A stretch of DNA of 20,000 bases from sequence record SRR31156797_10354; one strand, written 5' to 3'. A program made the position numbers and the translations under genes. The notes beneath the pieces were generated by a model. That model searched no databases. It was not told the origin of the DNA and was given only the letters and a program-made list of their open reading frames with translations. Below are positions 1 to 7,625 of the stretch, in pieces (within the stretch, counting starts at the first letter, position 1; each line of letters begins with the position of its first letter).

Positions 1-459
1 GAAATCTATGATTCATTCACCGTTAAAAATTTGGAGATTTCATTAACAAAGGCGTATCACCTTTGGCAAAATGAGACGACAAAATTTGACCGTGTCTTCC
101 AAATTGAGGACTATTGCGGCTTTTGGATCGATACTCCGGATGGTTCCTTGTGGATTCCTGGCGATTCTCGTCTTTTACCAGAACAATTAGAGATGCCTCA
201 ACCAGATGCGATCTTATTTGACTTTAACGACAACGCTTGGCATATCGGCTTTGAGAACGCCGTGAAACTGGCAAATACCTATCCTCATGCTGAATTGATC
301 CTCTCCCATTGGGGAACAGTGGATGCTCCGCATATCGATGCTTTTAATGGGGACCCTGAAGCTTTGTACGATCGGATCGTCAATCCGAAACGGATTCGTC
401 TAGTTGCTGCCGGTGAGCCGATCGAATTGAAATCAACCACTTCCAACAATTTAGAATAG
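1..459 (+). CDS. Metallo-beta-lactamase-fold hydrolase, C-terminal part (5' end outside the window)
   Basis: Frame 1 is open from base 1 (EIYDSFTVKNLEISLTKAYHLWQ...). Motifs YCGFWI...WIPGDS, DAILFD and LILSHWGT fit UlaG/MBL-fold hydrolases. Stop is followed by a terminator. Confidence 0.75.
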   Translation, partial: EIYDSFTVKNLEISLTKAYHLWQNETTKFDRVFQIEDYCGFWIDTPDGSLWIPGDSRLLPEQLEMPQPDAILFDFNDNAWHIGFENAVKLANTYPHAELILSHWGTVDAPHIDAFNGDPEALYDRIVNPKRIRLVAAGEPIELKSTTSNNLE

Positions 460-462
460 GGA

Positions 463-496
463 AAAAGGACCACACCGTTTTTGGTGTGGTCCTTTT
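463..496. terminator. Bidirectional intrinsic terminator between the convergent MBL and RpiR genes
   Basis: Perfect 14-bp inverted repeat AAAAGGACCACACC-gttttt-GGTGTGGTCCTTTT with A/T tracts on both sides. Confidence 0.9.
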
Positions 497-1382
497 ATTC
501 TTCTGCCATCTCTTTAAACGTCGTTCTTCGACTCGTTTCTAAATAACGAGCGTTGCTGATTTTCATTTGGATATTCTCCTGATAATCGAGGGAAAAAATC
601 TGAGCAAACAAAACCGTCAAAAGGAATTGAATCGATTCTTCTGTGGAAAAATTTCCGATTTTAGAATATAGTTTTTCTCGGCTAGCAATCGTCAAGACGA
701 TCGTCGAATAGTCCCGCAAATAGTTGTCCCCACCACTCGTAAGACTGATAATTGGCACACCATTTTTCAGCAATGTTTTCACATTTTTCATAGGATAGGT
801 CTCTGAATTATTTCCAGAATAAGAGATAAGAATGGCACAATCCTGCGGGGTCAGCGTTTGGGAAATCAAGCCCGCTTCGTCCGTATCCGCAACAAAGGCT
901 TTTTTATGAATCGTGTTTAAGTTGCGTTTAAACAGCTGCCCGAAATACGAATTTGGACTACGCCCATAGATGACAACGTTTTGAGCGCCATTGATGAGTC
1001 GAGCGGCTTGATTCAGGTCTTTTACCGTCATAAGTGCCGCTGTTTCTTTAATCGTCTGCATGCGTAAGTTCGCCAAGTTTTCAATGATTTCTAATGTGTC
1101 TGCCGCCTCACCAAAAGGGATATTCACATCGATCGTTGCTGAGCCATCATCAAAGTGTGCCAGTTCATGCACGAAGGCATACACAAATTCTTTCCAACCG
1201 GAAAAGCCAAAATATTTTGCAAAACGGACTAACGTCGGCTTTGAGGTATGGGTCAGTTTTGCGATTTCTTCCATAGTATACTCACTGACTTTTTCCCGAT
1301 TGCCTAGTAAAAAATCACCGATCGTCCTTCTTGCATCATTTTGTTTAAACGCTGCTTCTTCAATTTTTTGAAAAAGATACAT
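495..1382 (-). CDS. MurR/RpiR family transcriptional regulator (HTH + SIS domain), 295 aa
   Basis: HTH region TMEEIAKLTHTSKPTLVRFAKYFGFSGWKEF; SIS motifs IYGRSPNS and ILISYSG. Start moved to ATG 1382, which follows SD AAGGGAG. Confidence 0.9.
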   Translation of the reverse strand: MYLFQKIEEAAFKQNDARRTIGDFLLGNREKVSEYTMEEIAKLTHTSKPTLVRFAKYFGFSGWKEFVYAFVHELAHFDDGSATIDVNIPFGEAADTLEIIENLANLRMQTIKETAALMTVKDLNQAARLINGAQNVVIYGRSPNSYFGQLFKRNLNTIHKKAFVADTDEAGLISQTLTPQDCAILISYSGNNSETYPMKNVKTLLKNGVPIISLTSGGDNYLRDYSTIVLTIASREKLYSKIGNFSTEESIQFLLTVLFAQIFSLDYQENIQMKISNARYLETSRRTTFKEMAEE

Positions 1383-1507
1383 CTGGTTCTCCCTTCTGAT
1401 TGCTGCTGTTAGTTTTACACGTCCCATTCATTCACGTTTCTTTCTATCTAAAAGCACTGAAAGTGATGAATTGAAGACAGAAAAGCGTGGAGCACGCCAG
1501 CGTATGC

Positions 1508-2686
1508 CTACCCTCGTTCAAAATACAAAAAGAATTTATTTCCCAAAAGGGCGATCATACCAATCAGACATAGCATGCCCCCTGATAAGATCATCTGCAT
1601 CCCTGCTGTTTCATTGCCGCTGACTAGTATCAGCAAGCGTGATGCATAGGGTGCGAGCGTGACCCCTAAATTGTAAGCAACGATCGAGACGATCGTGCCA
1701 AACTTAGCTTCTGCTTCACCACCAGTGGTCAGCAAGTGGGTGAAAAAAGGCATGATGCTGCGAAAGGCAAAGCCTAATAATAAAGAACAACCCAAGAGTA
1801 GCCCCACTGTCTGCAATGGGTAAGTCAAATAGATGCTGCTTCCTGCAAGCAATGCCGCAATGGGCAGCAACCAGCGATGTAGGCGACTGTATATCAAGCC
1901 AAAGGCATTGCCGGCGATAAATGCTCCCGTCGCAATGGCGGCAATCATGTTACTGCCTTCAGTGGCGTCCCCGATTCCTTTTTCCAATAACAATGGTGTG
2001 ATCTGTAAATTGTAATTAATAAATAAGACAACGATTAGAAACAAGAGCACACCCAGAACGAATGATCGCTGTTTCCGTTCTTTTGAAACCGTGACGTTCG
2101 CCAATAACGTCTCATTAGTCACAGCCTGTGTTTCGTTTGGAATAAACAGCTGGACAAAGAAGAGACTGATCAGGGCAAAGCCATAAACCAAGAAGGACAT
2201 TTCCCAACTGATTTTCACTAGCTGCCCAACCAGCAAAGTCATAAAGATACCACCTAAACCACCAACGGCACTTTCTAATCCAAGAGCTTTGGCTTTCTTT
2301 TGCGGCTCATTTTGAAACAGCAAACTAATCATTTGAATCGCCAAACGATTGAATAAGCCGATCCCGAAGCCAAGAATCCCTCGAGAAAGAAACAAGACGG
2401 GAAAGCTCCCCTGATACCATGCCGGCAGCGTGCCAAAAACCGCCACAATGACCAAGCCGGTGACCATCGTGTATTTTTTGCCGATCCTTTTTTCGATCAT
2501 GCTGGTAGTAAAAATCCCCAGTAAAAGAAACAATGATGGAATCGTGGTCAGTAACCCAATGTAGACCGCATCAACTTCTGGGAAGCTTGCCGCAATCGCT
2601 GGGACATTGGCAGAAATCGCCGGTGCCGAATAGACAACCATTGCCACCGACAGCAGTGCCAACAACTTCATAGAAAAAAATTTCAT
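1508..2686 (-). CDS. MFS transporter, about 12 TM, substrate unknown, 392 aa
   Basis: About 12 hydrophobic segments; motif-A-like IEKRIGKK and SRGILGFGIG. Start ATG 2686 follows SD GGAAAGGGG. Confidence 0.85.
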   Translation of the reverse strand: MKFFSMKLLALLSVAMVVYSAPAISANVPAIAASFPEVDAVYIGLLTTIPSLFLLLGIFTTSMIEKRIGKKYTMVTGLVIVAVFGTLPAWYQGSFPVLFLSRGILGFGIGLFNRLAIQMISLLFQNEPQKKAKALGLESAVGGLGGIFMTLLVGQLVKISWEMSFLVYGFALISLFFVQLFIPNETQAVTNETLLANVTVSKERKQRSFVLGVLLFLIVVLFINYNLQITPLLLEKGIGDATEGSNMIAAIATGAFIAGNAFGLIYSRLHRWLLPIAALLAGSSIYLTYPLQTVGLLLGCSLLLGFAFRSIMPFFTHLLTTGGEAEAKFGTIVSIVAYNLGVTLAPYASRLLILVSGNETAGMQMILSGGMLCLIGMIALLGNKFFLYFERG

Positions 2687-2898
2687 AAATACCCCTTTCC
2701 TTAAAAACACCTTTTCTTCCTTGTCTCTGAACCCAATAGTCCAAGATGACAAAGTGATCCTTTCACTACCTTATTATTCGCTAGATTGTCCTCGTTGACC
2801 AATGCTTAACGCGCTTGGGCTTTATGCTTGAAAAGCATTGGTCTTCTGTATTTTACTAGGTTTCTATGGCGATTGCTGGAACTCATTTATGTTTGTCT

Positions 2899-2939
2899 AA
2901 AAAAAAAGAAACCTTGCAGTATGTTTTCTGCAAGGCTTC
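2899..2939 (-). terminator. Intrinsic terminator of the dxs-like gene
   Basis: Stem GAAACCTTGCAG / CTGCAAGGCTTC followed by a long U tract on the minus strand. Confidence 0.8.
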
Positions 2940-2977
2940 CTTCTTTTCATAAATCGACTGTAACTACTCAGAATGCT

Positions 2978-4744
2978 TTAGTGAATTGATTGCTGTAACT
3001 GTTCCATAACGTCTTTCGTAATTGTCTCAACGGTGATACCAAGTTCAGATAAAACGTCCGCTGCCCGGTAATTATCATAAAATTTCTTTTCTAAGCCATA
3101 ATTTTTGACGACAATCTCACGATCACCCAGGTAGCTGGCAATCATTTGTCCATAGCCACCCTCTCGTATGCCATCTTCCAACGTGACAACGAGTTTGTGC
3201 GATCGTGCCACAGCATCCAACAACTCTTTGTCGACCCCTGAAATAAACTTAGGATTGATCACCGTTGGCGTAATTCCATGTTGCATTTTCAATTGTTCTG
3301 CGATCTCTTCCGCTAACGCATAAAAGTTCCCAACACCGACGATGGCTACCTGCGTGCCAGCTTGAGTCACTTCATTTTTTTGATCACTGTAGTCAGTAGA
3401 GACTGTCACTGCCATTTCGTTGACAGGTCCAACCGGTACCCGGATCGCAACTGGTGCGTTGGTTTGTTCCAGCGACCAATCCAACATTGCCAGATATTCT
3501 TCTTTAGAGGTTGGCGCAAGATAAATAAGGTTGGGAATATGTGCCAAAAATGGAATATCAAAAATTCCCAAATGGCTCTCGTCATTCATGCCGTGAATCG
3601 ATGCACCATATACCAGAATCGTTCCAGGCAGATGATTTAAGGCCAAATCATGGGAAATTTGATCAAAACTACGTTGCATAAAGGTAGAAAAAACGGCCCA
3701 GACAGGTTTTGCTCCATTTTTTGCTAACCCAGCAACCATCGATACCGCATGTTCTTCTGCAATACCTACATCTACAAATTGTTTGCCTGCTTTTTCTCTT
3801 TGTTCCGGAGAAAAAAGCAGCATCGGTGTACCAGCGTTTACTGCCACGACTTTAGGATCTGACGCCATTTTTTCTAATAAATAATCCGTCGTTAAGCTAT
3901 TGTACGTTACTTGATTGCCGCCAGTAGAAATATATTCGCCGGTTTCTAAATGAAAGGGACCGCCTGCATGAAACTTTTCACGATTTTCTTCCGCAAACTT
4001 GAAGCCTTTGCCTTTGATCGTATGAATGTGTAATAAAACAGGATGATCAACATCTTTCACTTTTTCAAATAAAGCAATCAATGCAGCGAGGTCATTTCCT
4101 TCATCCAAATAGTGGTACTCAAAACCAATCGCTTTGAACAGATTGTCTGCTGCTTGCCCATTGGTTTCCCGCAATGCCCGCAAATTCTGATACATCCCCC
4201 CATGGTTTTCTGCGATCGATTGGTCATTGTCGTTGAGGACCACGATGGTATTGGTGCCTAATTCCACGATATTGTTCAAGCCTTCAAACGCTAACCCGCC
4301 TGATAGAGAACCATCACCAATCACGGCAACGACGTTATACGTTTCATTTTTTAGGTCACGGGCTTTCGCCACACCATTTGCCAGCGAAACTGACGTGGAG
4401 GTATGTCCGACCGTAAAGAGATCGTGCTCGCTTTCTTTCGGATTCGTGTAACCAGAAACCGCACCATACTGCGCAGCATCAAGAAAGGCATGGGCGCGTC
4501 CTGTCAGCATTTTATGGATATAAGTCTGATGAGACACATCAAAAATCAGCTTATCTGTGGGGGAATCAAAGACTCTATGCAACGCAATCGTCATCTCAAC
4601 CATCCCCAGATTGGGGCCATTGTGCCCCCCATGGTGACTGATTTTTTCCAATAAAGCAGTTCGTGCTTCTACTACCAGTTCTTGAAGTTGCCCACTGGTC
4701 AATTCTTTTAACGCTTTGGGGCTTTTGATTTTTTCTAATAACAT
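2978..4744 (-). CDS. dxs: 1-deoxy-D-xylulose-5-phosphate synthase-like ThDP-dependent enzyme (divergent short type), 588 aa
   Basis: GGHxGxNLG, DVSHQTYIHKMLTGR, GHTSTS, ThDP motif GDGSLSGG...LNDN, TIKGKG, DVGIAEEH and STFMQR. Start ATG 4744 follows SD AGGAGG. The family call is secure; the activity is doubtful (see findings). Confidence 0.85.
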   Translation of the reverse strand: MLLEKIKSPKALKELTSGQLQELVVEARTALLEKISHHGGHNGPNLGMVEMTIALHRVFDSPTDKLIFDVSHQTYIHKMLTGRAHAFLDAAQYGAVSGYTNPKESEHDLFTVGHTSTSVSLANGVAKARDLKNETYNVVAVIGDGSLSGGLAFEGLNNIVELGTNTIVVLNDNDQSIAENHGGMYQNLRALRETNGQAADNLFKAIGFEYHYLDEGNDLAALIALFEKVKDVDHPVLLHIHTIKGKGFKFAEENREKFHAGGPFHLETGEYISTGGNQVTYNSLTTDYLLEKMASDPKVVAVNAGTPMLLFSPEQREKAGKQFVDVGIAEEHAVSMVAGLAKNGAKPVWAVFSTFMQRSFDQISHDLALNHLPGTILVYGASIHGMNDESHLGIFDIPFLAHIPNLIYLAPTSKEEYLAMLDWSLEQTNAPVAIRVPVGPVNEMAVTVSTDYSDQKNEVTQAGTQVAIVGVGNFYALAEEIAEQLKMQHGITPTVINPKFISGVDKELLDAVARSHKLVVTLEDGIREGGYGQMIASYLGDREIVVKNYGLEKKFYDNYRAADVLSELGITVETITKDVMEQLQQSIH

Positions 4745-4969
4745 GTACGTACCTCCTGTAGAAATGTTTGAATGGTTCGTGTGTTTACTCACAAGGAAAA
4801 AGACACGAAATCGAAATGAGTGGATCGTTCTCTAGAATGAAAAACGTGGCCATCAGAGCTAGACGCTCTTTTTAGAATTCCTGTCAAACCAAGAAATAGC
4901 AAGTTATCCTAAAGGGAAATCGTGATTTTTCTGAGTTTTAACAATCGCTGCTCATTTCTTCTATCTAAA

Positions 4970-5000
4970 AAGATACCACCTAGAGTTGACTTTAGGTCAA
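4970..5000 (-). promoter_or_regulatory. MerR-type promoter with AdhR/NmlR-like operator upstream of the dxs-like gene
   Basis: Minus strand reads TTGACC-(19 bp)-TATCTT. The spacer holds the dyad CCTAAAG-TCAA-CTCTAGG (4979-4996). Confidence 0.8.
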
Positions 5001-5063
5001 GCACTTTTTGTGAATTTATTCTATTTTGATCCTATCTTTACTGCGTGCCCGCCATAATGATAC

Positions 5064-5095
5064 AAAAAAAGATAAGAAGCGCTTGCTTCTTATCT
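5064..5095 (-). terminator. Intrinsic terminator downstream of the zeta-like pair
   Basis: Perfect 11-bp stem AGATAAGAAGC-gctt-GCTTCTTATCT with a U tract on the minus strand. Confidence 0.85.
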
Positions 5096-5152
5096 CGGGT
5101 TTTACTTGTTCAATGGTCATTCTTAAGAAACCTAAATTTTTTCATTGACCAC

Positions 5153-5320
5153 TTATTCTTCTTTCTCTAAGCCAACAAGCACTCGCTGTTTACGGTTCGA
5201 TTCTTCTGCAACAAAGTTTAAAACTGTTTTCAATTCGCTAGGCGTTGCCTTTTTCTGTAAGATCGAGAAGTTTCGATGATATTTTATCATGATTGTTTCT
5301 ACTTTTTCTTTCTCAGTCAT
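5153..5320 (-). CDS. Small 55-aa protein coupled to the zeta-like gene (not in the ORF track)
   Basis: Hand translation: MTEKEKVETIMIKYHRNFSILQKKATPSELKTVLNFVAEESNRKQRVLVGLEKEE*. The start overlaps the upstream stop (ATGACTGA), a GGAG SD lies in the upstream coding tail, and a terminator follows. Confidence 0.75.
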   Translation of the reverse strand: MTEKEKVETIMIKYHRNFSILQKKATPSELKTVLNFVAEESNRKQRVLVGLEKEE

Positions 5321-5675
5321 TGAGCTTCTCCTCCAATTCTTCCTTTGTGTATGTTAATGGCAAAGCGAACGATACATTGTCAACTGCCATCAACGTATGA
5401 GAATGGCGATTCTGAAAATCTTTTATAAAAATATTAACGGTCACATTTTCTTTATACAATTCCTTCATTTTAATCAAGTTATATCTTGATTGAAAAAAAG
5501 CATTTATAAAATGTTCTTTAGGAACAAAGCGTCCTTCTATTTTTTCACGTTGCTTCGTATAATTCCAAGCAATAAAAGGATCTTGATAGATATAATAGAT
5601 AAGCACATCATAATTCTTTTTTAAGCATCGCGCAATATTTTGATCAGCTTTTTTAGTGGGTGAAACAAGAATCAT
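5313..5675 (-). pseudogene. 5'-truncated zeta-toxin-family / P-loop kinase-like gene (C-terminal half only)
   Basis: IYYIYQDPFIAWNYTKQREKIEGRFVPKEHFINAF resembles the C-terminal half of zeta-family proteins. There is no Walker A motif, no SD at the ATG, and the segment is AT-rich. Confidence 0.7.
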
Positions 5676-5724
5676 TTATTGCGAGAAGTAAGATGGCAAA
5701 AATTTCTGTTAATGAACTATACGC

Positions 5725-5757
5725 AAAAAAACAGACTACATTTGTCATGCAGTCTGC
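5725..5757 (-). terminator. Intrinsic terminator of the aldo/keto reductase gene
   Basis: Minus strand GCAGACUGCA-UGACAAA-UGUAGUCUGU followed by a U run. Confidence 0.85.
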
Positions 5758-5777
5758 TTTTCCAACTTTTTCTTTAT

Positions 5778-6785
5778 TTAGTGTTTGTCCCACTGTTTTC
5801 CGAAAGATTGTTGTTGTGATTCGACATGTCCTCGATGGCCATATACAGGTATTTGATTCAATTGGTTTTCAATTACTTGAAATTCGGTATCTGTAAGCTG
5901 TACATCCCAAGCAGCTAGATTTTCCAAAATCCTGCCTCGATTTTTTGATCCAGGAATCGGCACTGCATTCGGATACTTGTGAAGCATCCACGCCAATGAA
6001 ATTTGGGCATTTGTCGACTGCTTTGCTTGAGCGACTTCTGCTAGCATATTTAAAATCGGTTGATTGGCTACGAGGTTTTCTTTAGCCAGCTGAGGGACGA
6101 ATTTGCGAACATCATCCCCTTCAAAGGATGTATCTGGTGTGACTTTTCCAGATAAAAACCCACTAGCGATTGGTGAAAAAGGAACGACGGCGATCTCGTT
6201 CTCAAGACAATAGGGGAAAATCTCTCGCTCACAATCACGCTCAACCATTGAATAGAGATTTTGCACAGCACCAACGGGGGTAATCCCATGTGCTTTAGCA
6301 AGTGTCTCCACGGAAACTTGTGAGAGTCCCCATTCTCTGATCATACCTTCTTTGATCAATCGTCCCATCACCTCAGCTATTTCTTCTAAAGAAAGCTGTT
6401 CATTGATTCGATGAAGATAATAGAGATCAACATAATCGGTGCGCAATTTTTCCATTGAAGCAATCAAATGGTTACGGATGGCTGTGTAAAGAGTTGTGCT
6501 TTCATTCACTTCTTTTTCGTCGAGATGATACTTGGTGGCAAGAACAACTTTGTTTCGAAAAGGCGACAGTGCTTTACCCACCAACTCCTCATTATGTCCA
6601 GAATAAAACATTTCTTTTCCATAAGCTTCTGCTGTATCAAAAAATGTACAGCCAAATTCGTAAGCTTTGCGAATAGATGCAATACTCTCTTTTTCTTCTG
6701 GCACCTTTCCATATCCGTGAGAAAACCCCATACACCCCATTCCGATTGGCGAAACTGCTAAACTTCTGATTTTTCTATTCTTCAT
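5778..6785 (-). CDS. Aldo/keto reductase, 335 aa
   Basis: IGMGCMG; catalytic tetrad in FDTAEAY, LATK and YYLHR; PFSPIASGFL; PIPGS...ENL. SD AAGGAGG. Confidence 0.95.
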   Translation of the reverse strand: MKNRKIRSLAVSPIGMGCMGFSHGYGKVPEEKESIASIRKAYEFGCTFFDTAEAYGKEMFYSGHNEELVGKALSPFRNKVVLATKYHLDEKEVNESTTLYTAIRNHLIASMEKLRTDYVDLYYLHRINEQLSLEEIAEVMGRLIKEGMIREWGLSQVSVETLAKAHGITPVGAVQNLYSMVERDCEREIFPYCLENEIAVVPFSPIASGFLSGKVTPDTSFEGDDVRKFVPQLAKENLVANQPILNMLAEVAQAKQSTNAQISLAWMLHKYPNAVPIPGSKNRGRILENLAAWDVQLTDTEFQVIENQLNQIPVYGHRGHVESQQQSFGKQWDKH

Positions 6786-6836
6786 ATTACAATTCCCTCC
6801 TTCATCGATACCTTATGCACTCGTTAAGCTAGCTAA

Positions 6837-6867
6837 ACTTTAGCATCTTCGAGTCACTCGAAGTCAA
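6837..6867 (-). promoter_or_regulatory. MerR-type promoter/operator of the aldo/keto reductase gene
   Basis: Minus strand reads TTGACT-(19 bp)-TAAAGT, with perfect palindrome CTTCGAGT-N-ACTCGAAG at 6847-6863. Confidence 0.88.
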
Positions 6868-6951
6868 GGAGTTTCTAACAATCATTTTTCTTCCACCTTT
6901 TGTCTTTTTGAGGCTCTCAAATAGGAAGCTACTTTTCTCCACAAAATTATC

Positions 6952-6962
6952 TGTGCTATAAT
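6952..6962 (+). promoter_or_regulatory. Extended -10 promoter for the MerR gene
   Basis: TGTGCTATAAT (TRTG-N-TATAAT); the -35 is poor. Confidence 0.65.
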
Positions 6963-7038
6963 ACGCGATATAAAAAGAAAATGATCTACAACAGTTTTTA
7001 CTAATACGTTCAAACGACTTGCTTGACTTCAGCAAATT

Positions 7039-7485
7039 ATGAAAGGCGTGACCAACATTTACTCTATCAAAGAAGCAGCCACGATCACTGAATTGTCTGA
7101 ACACACGATTCGCTATTATACCGATATGGGTTTGGTTCCTAGTTTGATCAGGGACAAAAACAACAGACGGGTTTTTAATCAGACTTCCATCAATTGGTTA
7201 ACTGGTATCAAGAATTTGCGCGAAACAGGCATGTCTTTAGAAGCCATTAAGCATTATATTTCGCTTTGCCTCCTTGGCGATTCGACGATCAAAGAAAGAG
7301 CCGACATCATTCAATCGCAAAAAGAAAAAGCGCTCGTTAAACTTACAGAAGCGCAAAAACGAGTCGCTTATTTAGAAAAGAAAAGCAATACCTATCAAGA
7401 GCTCATCAACCAGAAAACAGCTTCTAACGATCCATTGAATCCGGCAACTTGGGAGGAGGAAGCAGTATTGCGGAATAGAACTTGA
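7039..7485 (+). CDS. MerR family regulator (AdhR/YyaN-like); true start uncertain (ATG 7039, GTG 7048 or ATT 7057)
   Basis: MerR HTH YSIKEAATITELSEHTIRYYTDMGLVP...RDKNNRRVF, then GMSLEAIKHY and a C-terminal coiled coil. Divergent from the AKR gene. Confidence 0.92.
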   Translation: MKGVTNIYSIKEAATITELSEHTIRYYTDMGLVPSLIRDKNNRRVFNQTSINWLTGIKNLRETGMSLEAIKHYISLCLLGDSTIKERADIIQSQKEKALVKLTEAQKRVAYLEKKSNTYQELINQKTASNDPLNPATWEEEAVLRNRT

Positions 7486-7576
7486 ATGAAGATATTTTAC
7501 CAATGATTTGGATCAATAGACACTTAATTTTTTGATGATTATATTCGTATAGTGCTGAAATAGACTATTCATTACT

Positions 7577-7623
7577 AAAAAACTGCCATTAAACAGGATT
7601 CATTCCCTGCTTAATGGCAGTTT
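7577..7623 (-). terminator. Terminator of the pot operon (may be bidirectional)
   Basis: AAACTGCCATTAA-aCAGG...CCTGc-TTAATGGCAGTTT directly after the potD stop. Confidence 0.85.
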
Positions 7624-7625
7624 GC

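Noticed and set aside
4745-4965. TPP riboswitch upstream of a ThDP enzyme
   Set aside because: The conserved CUGAGA and CCUGA...AGCG cores are not present
1442-4970. 12-bp direct repeat TTCTATCTAAAA (1442-1453 and 4959-4970) flanking the MFS and dxs genes as a possible insertion scar
   Set aside because: AT-rich 12-mers recur by chance in 20 kb, the second copy overlaps the dxs promoter, and no mobility gene is present
5110-5145. Micro-ORF MKKFRFLKNDH on the minus strand after the 55-aa gene
   Set aside because: No SD and no recognisable features
7022-7030. CTTGACTTC upstream of merR, identical to the start of the AKR promoter/operator
   Set aside because: No second half-site and no correctly spaced -10
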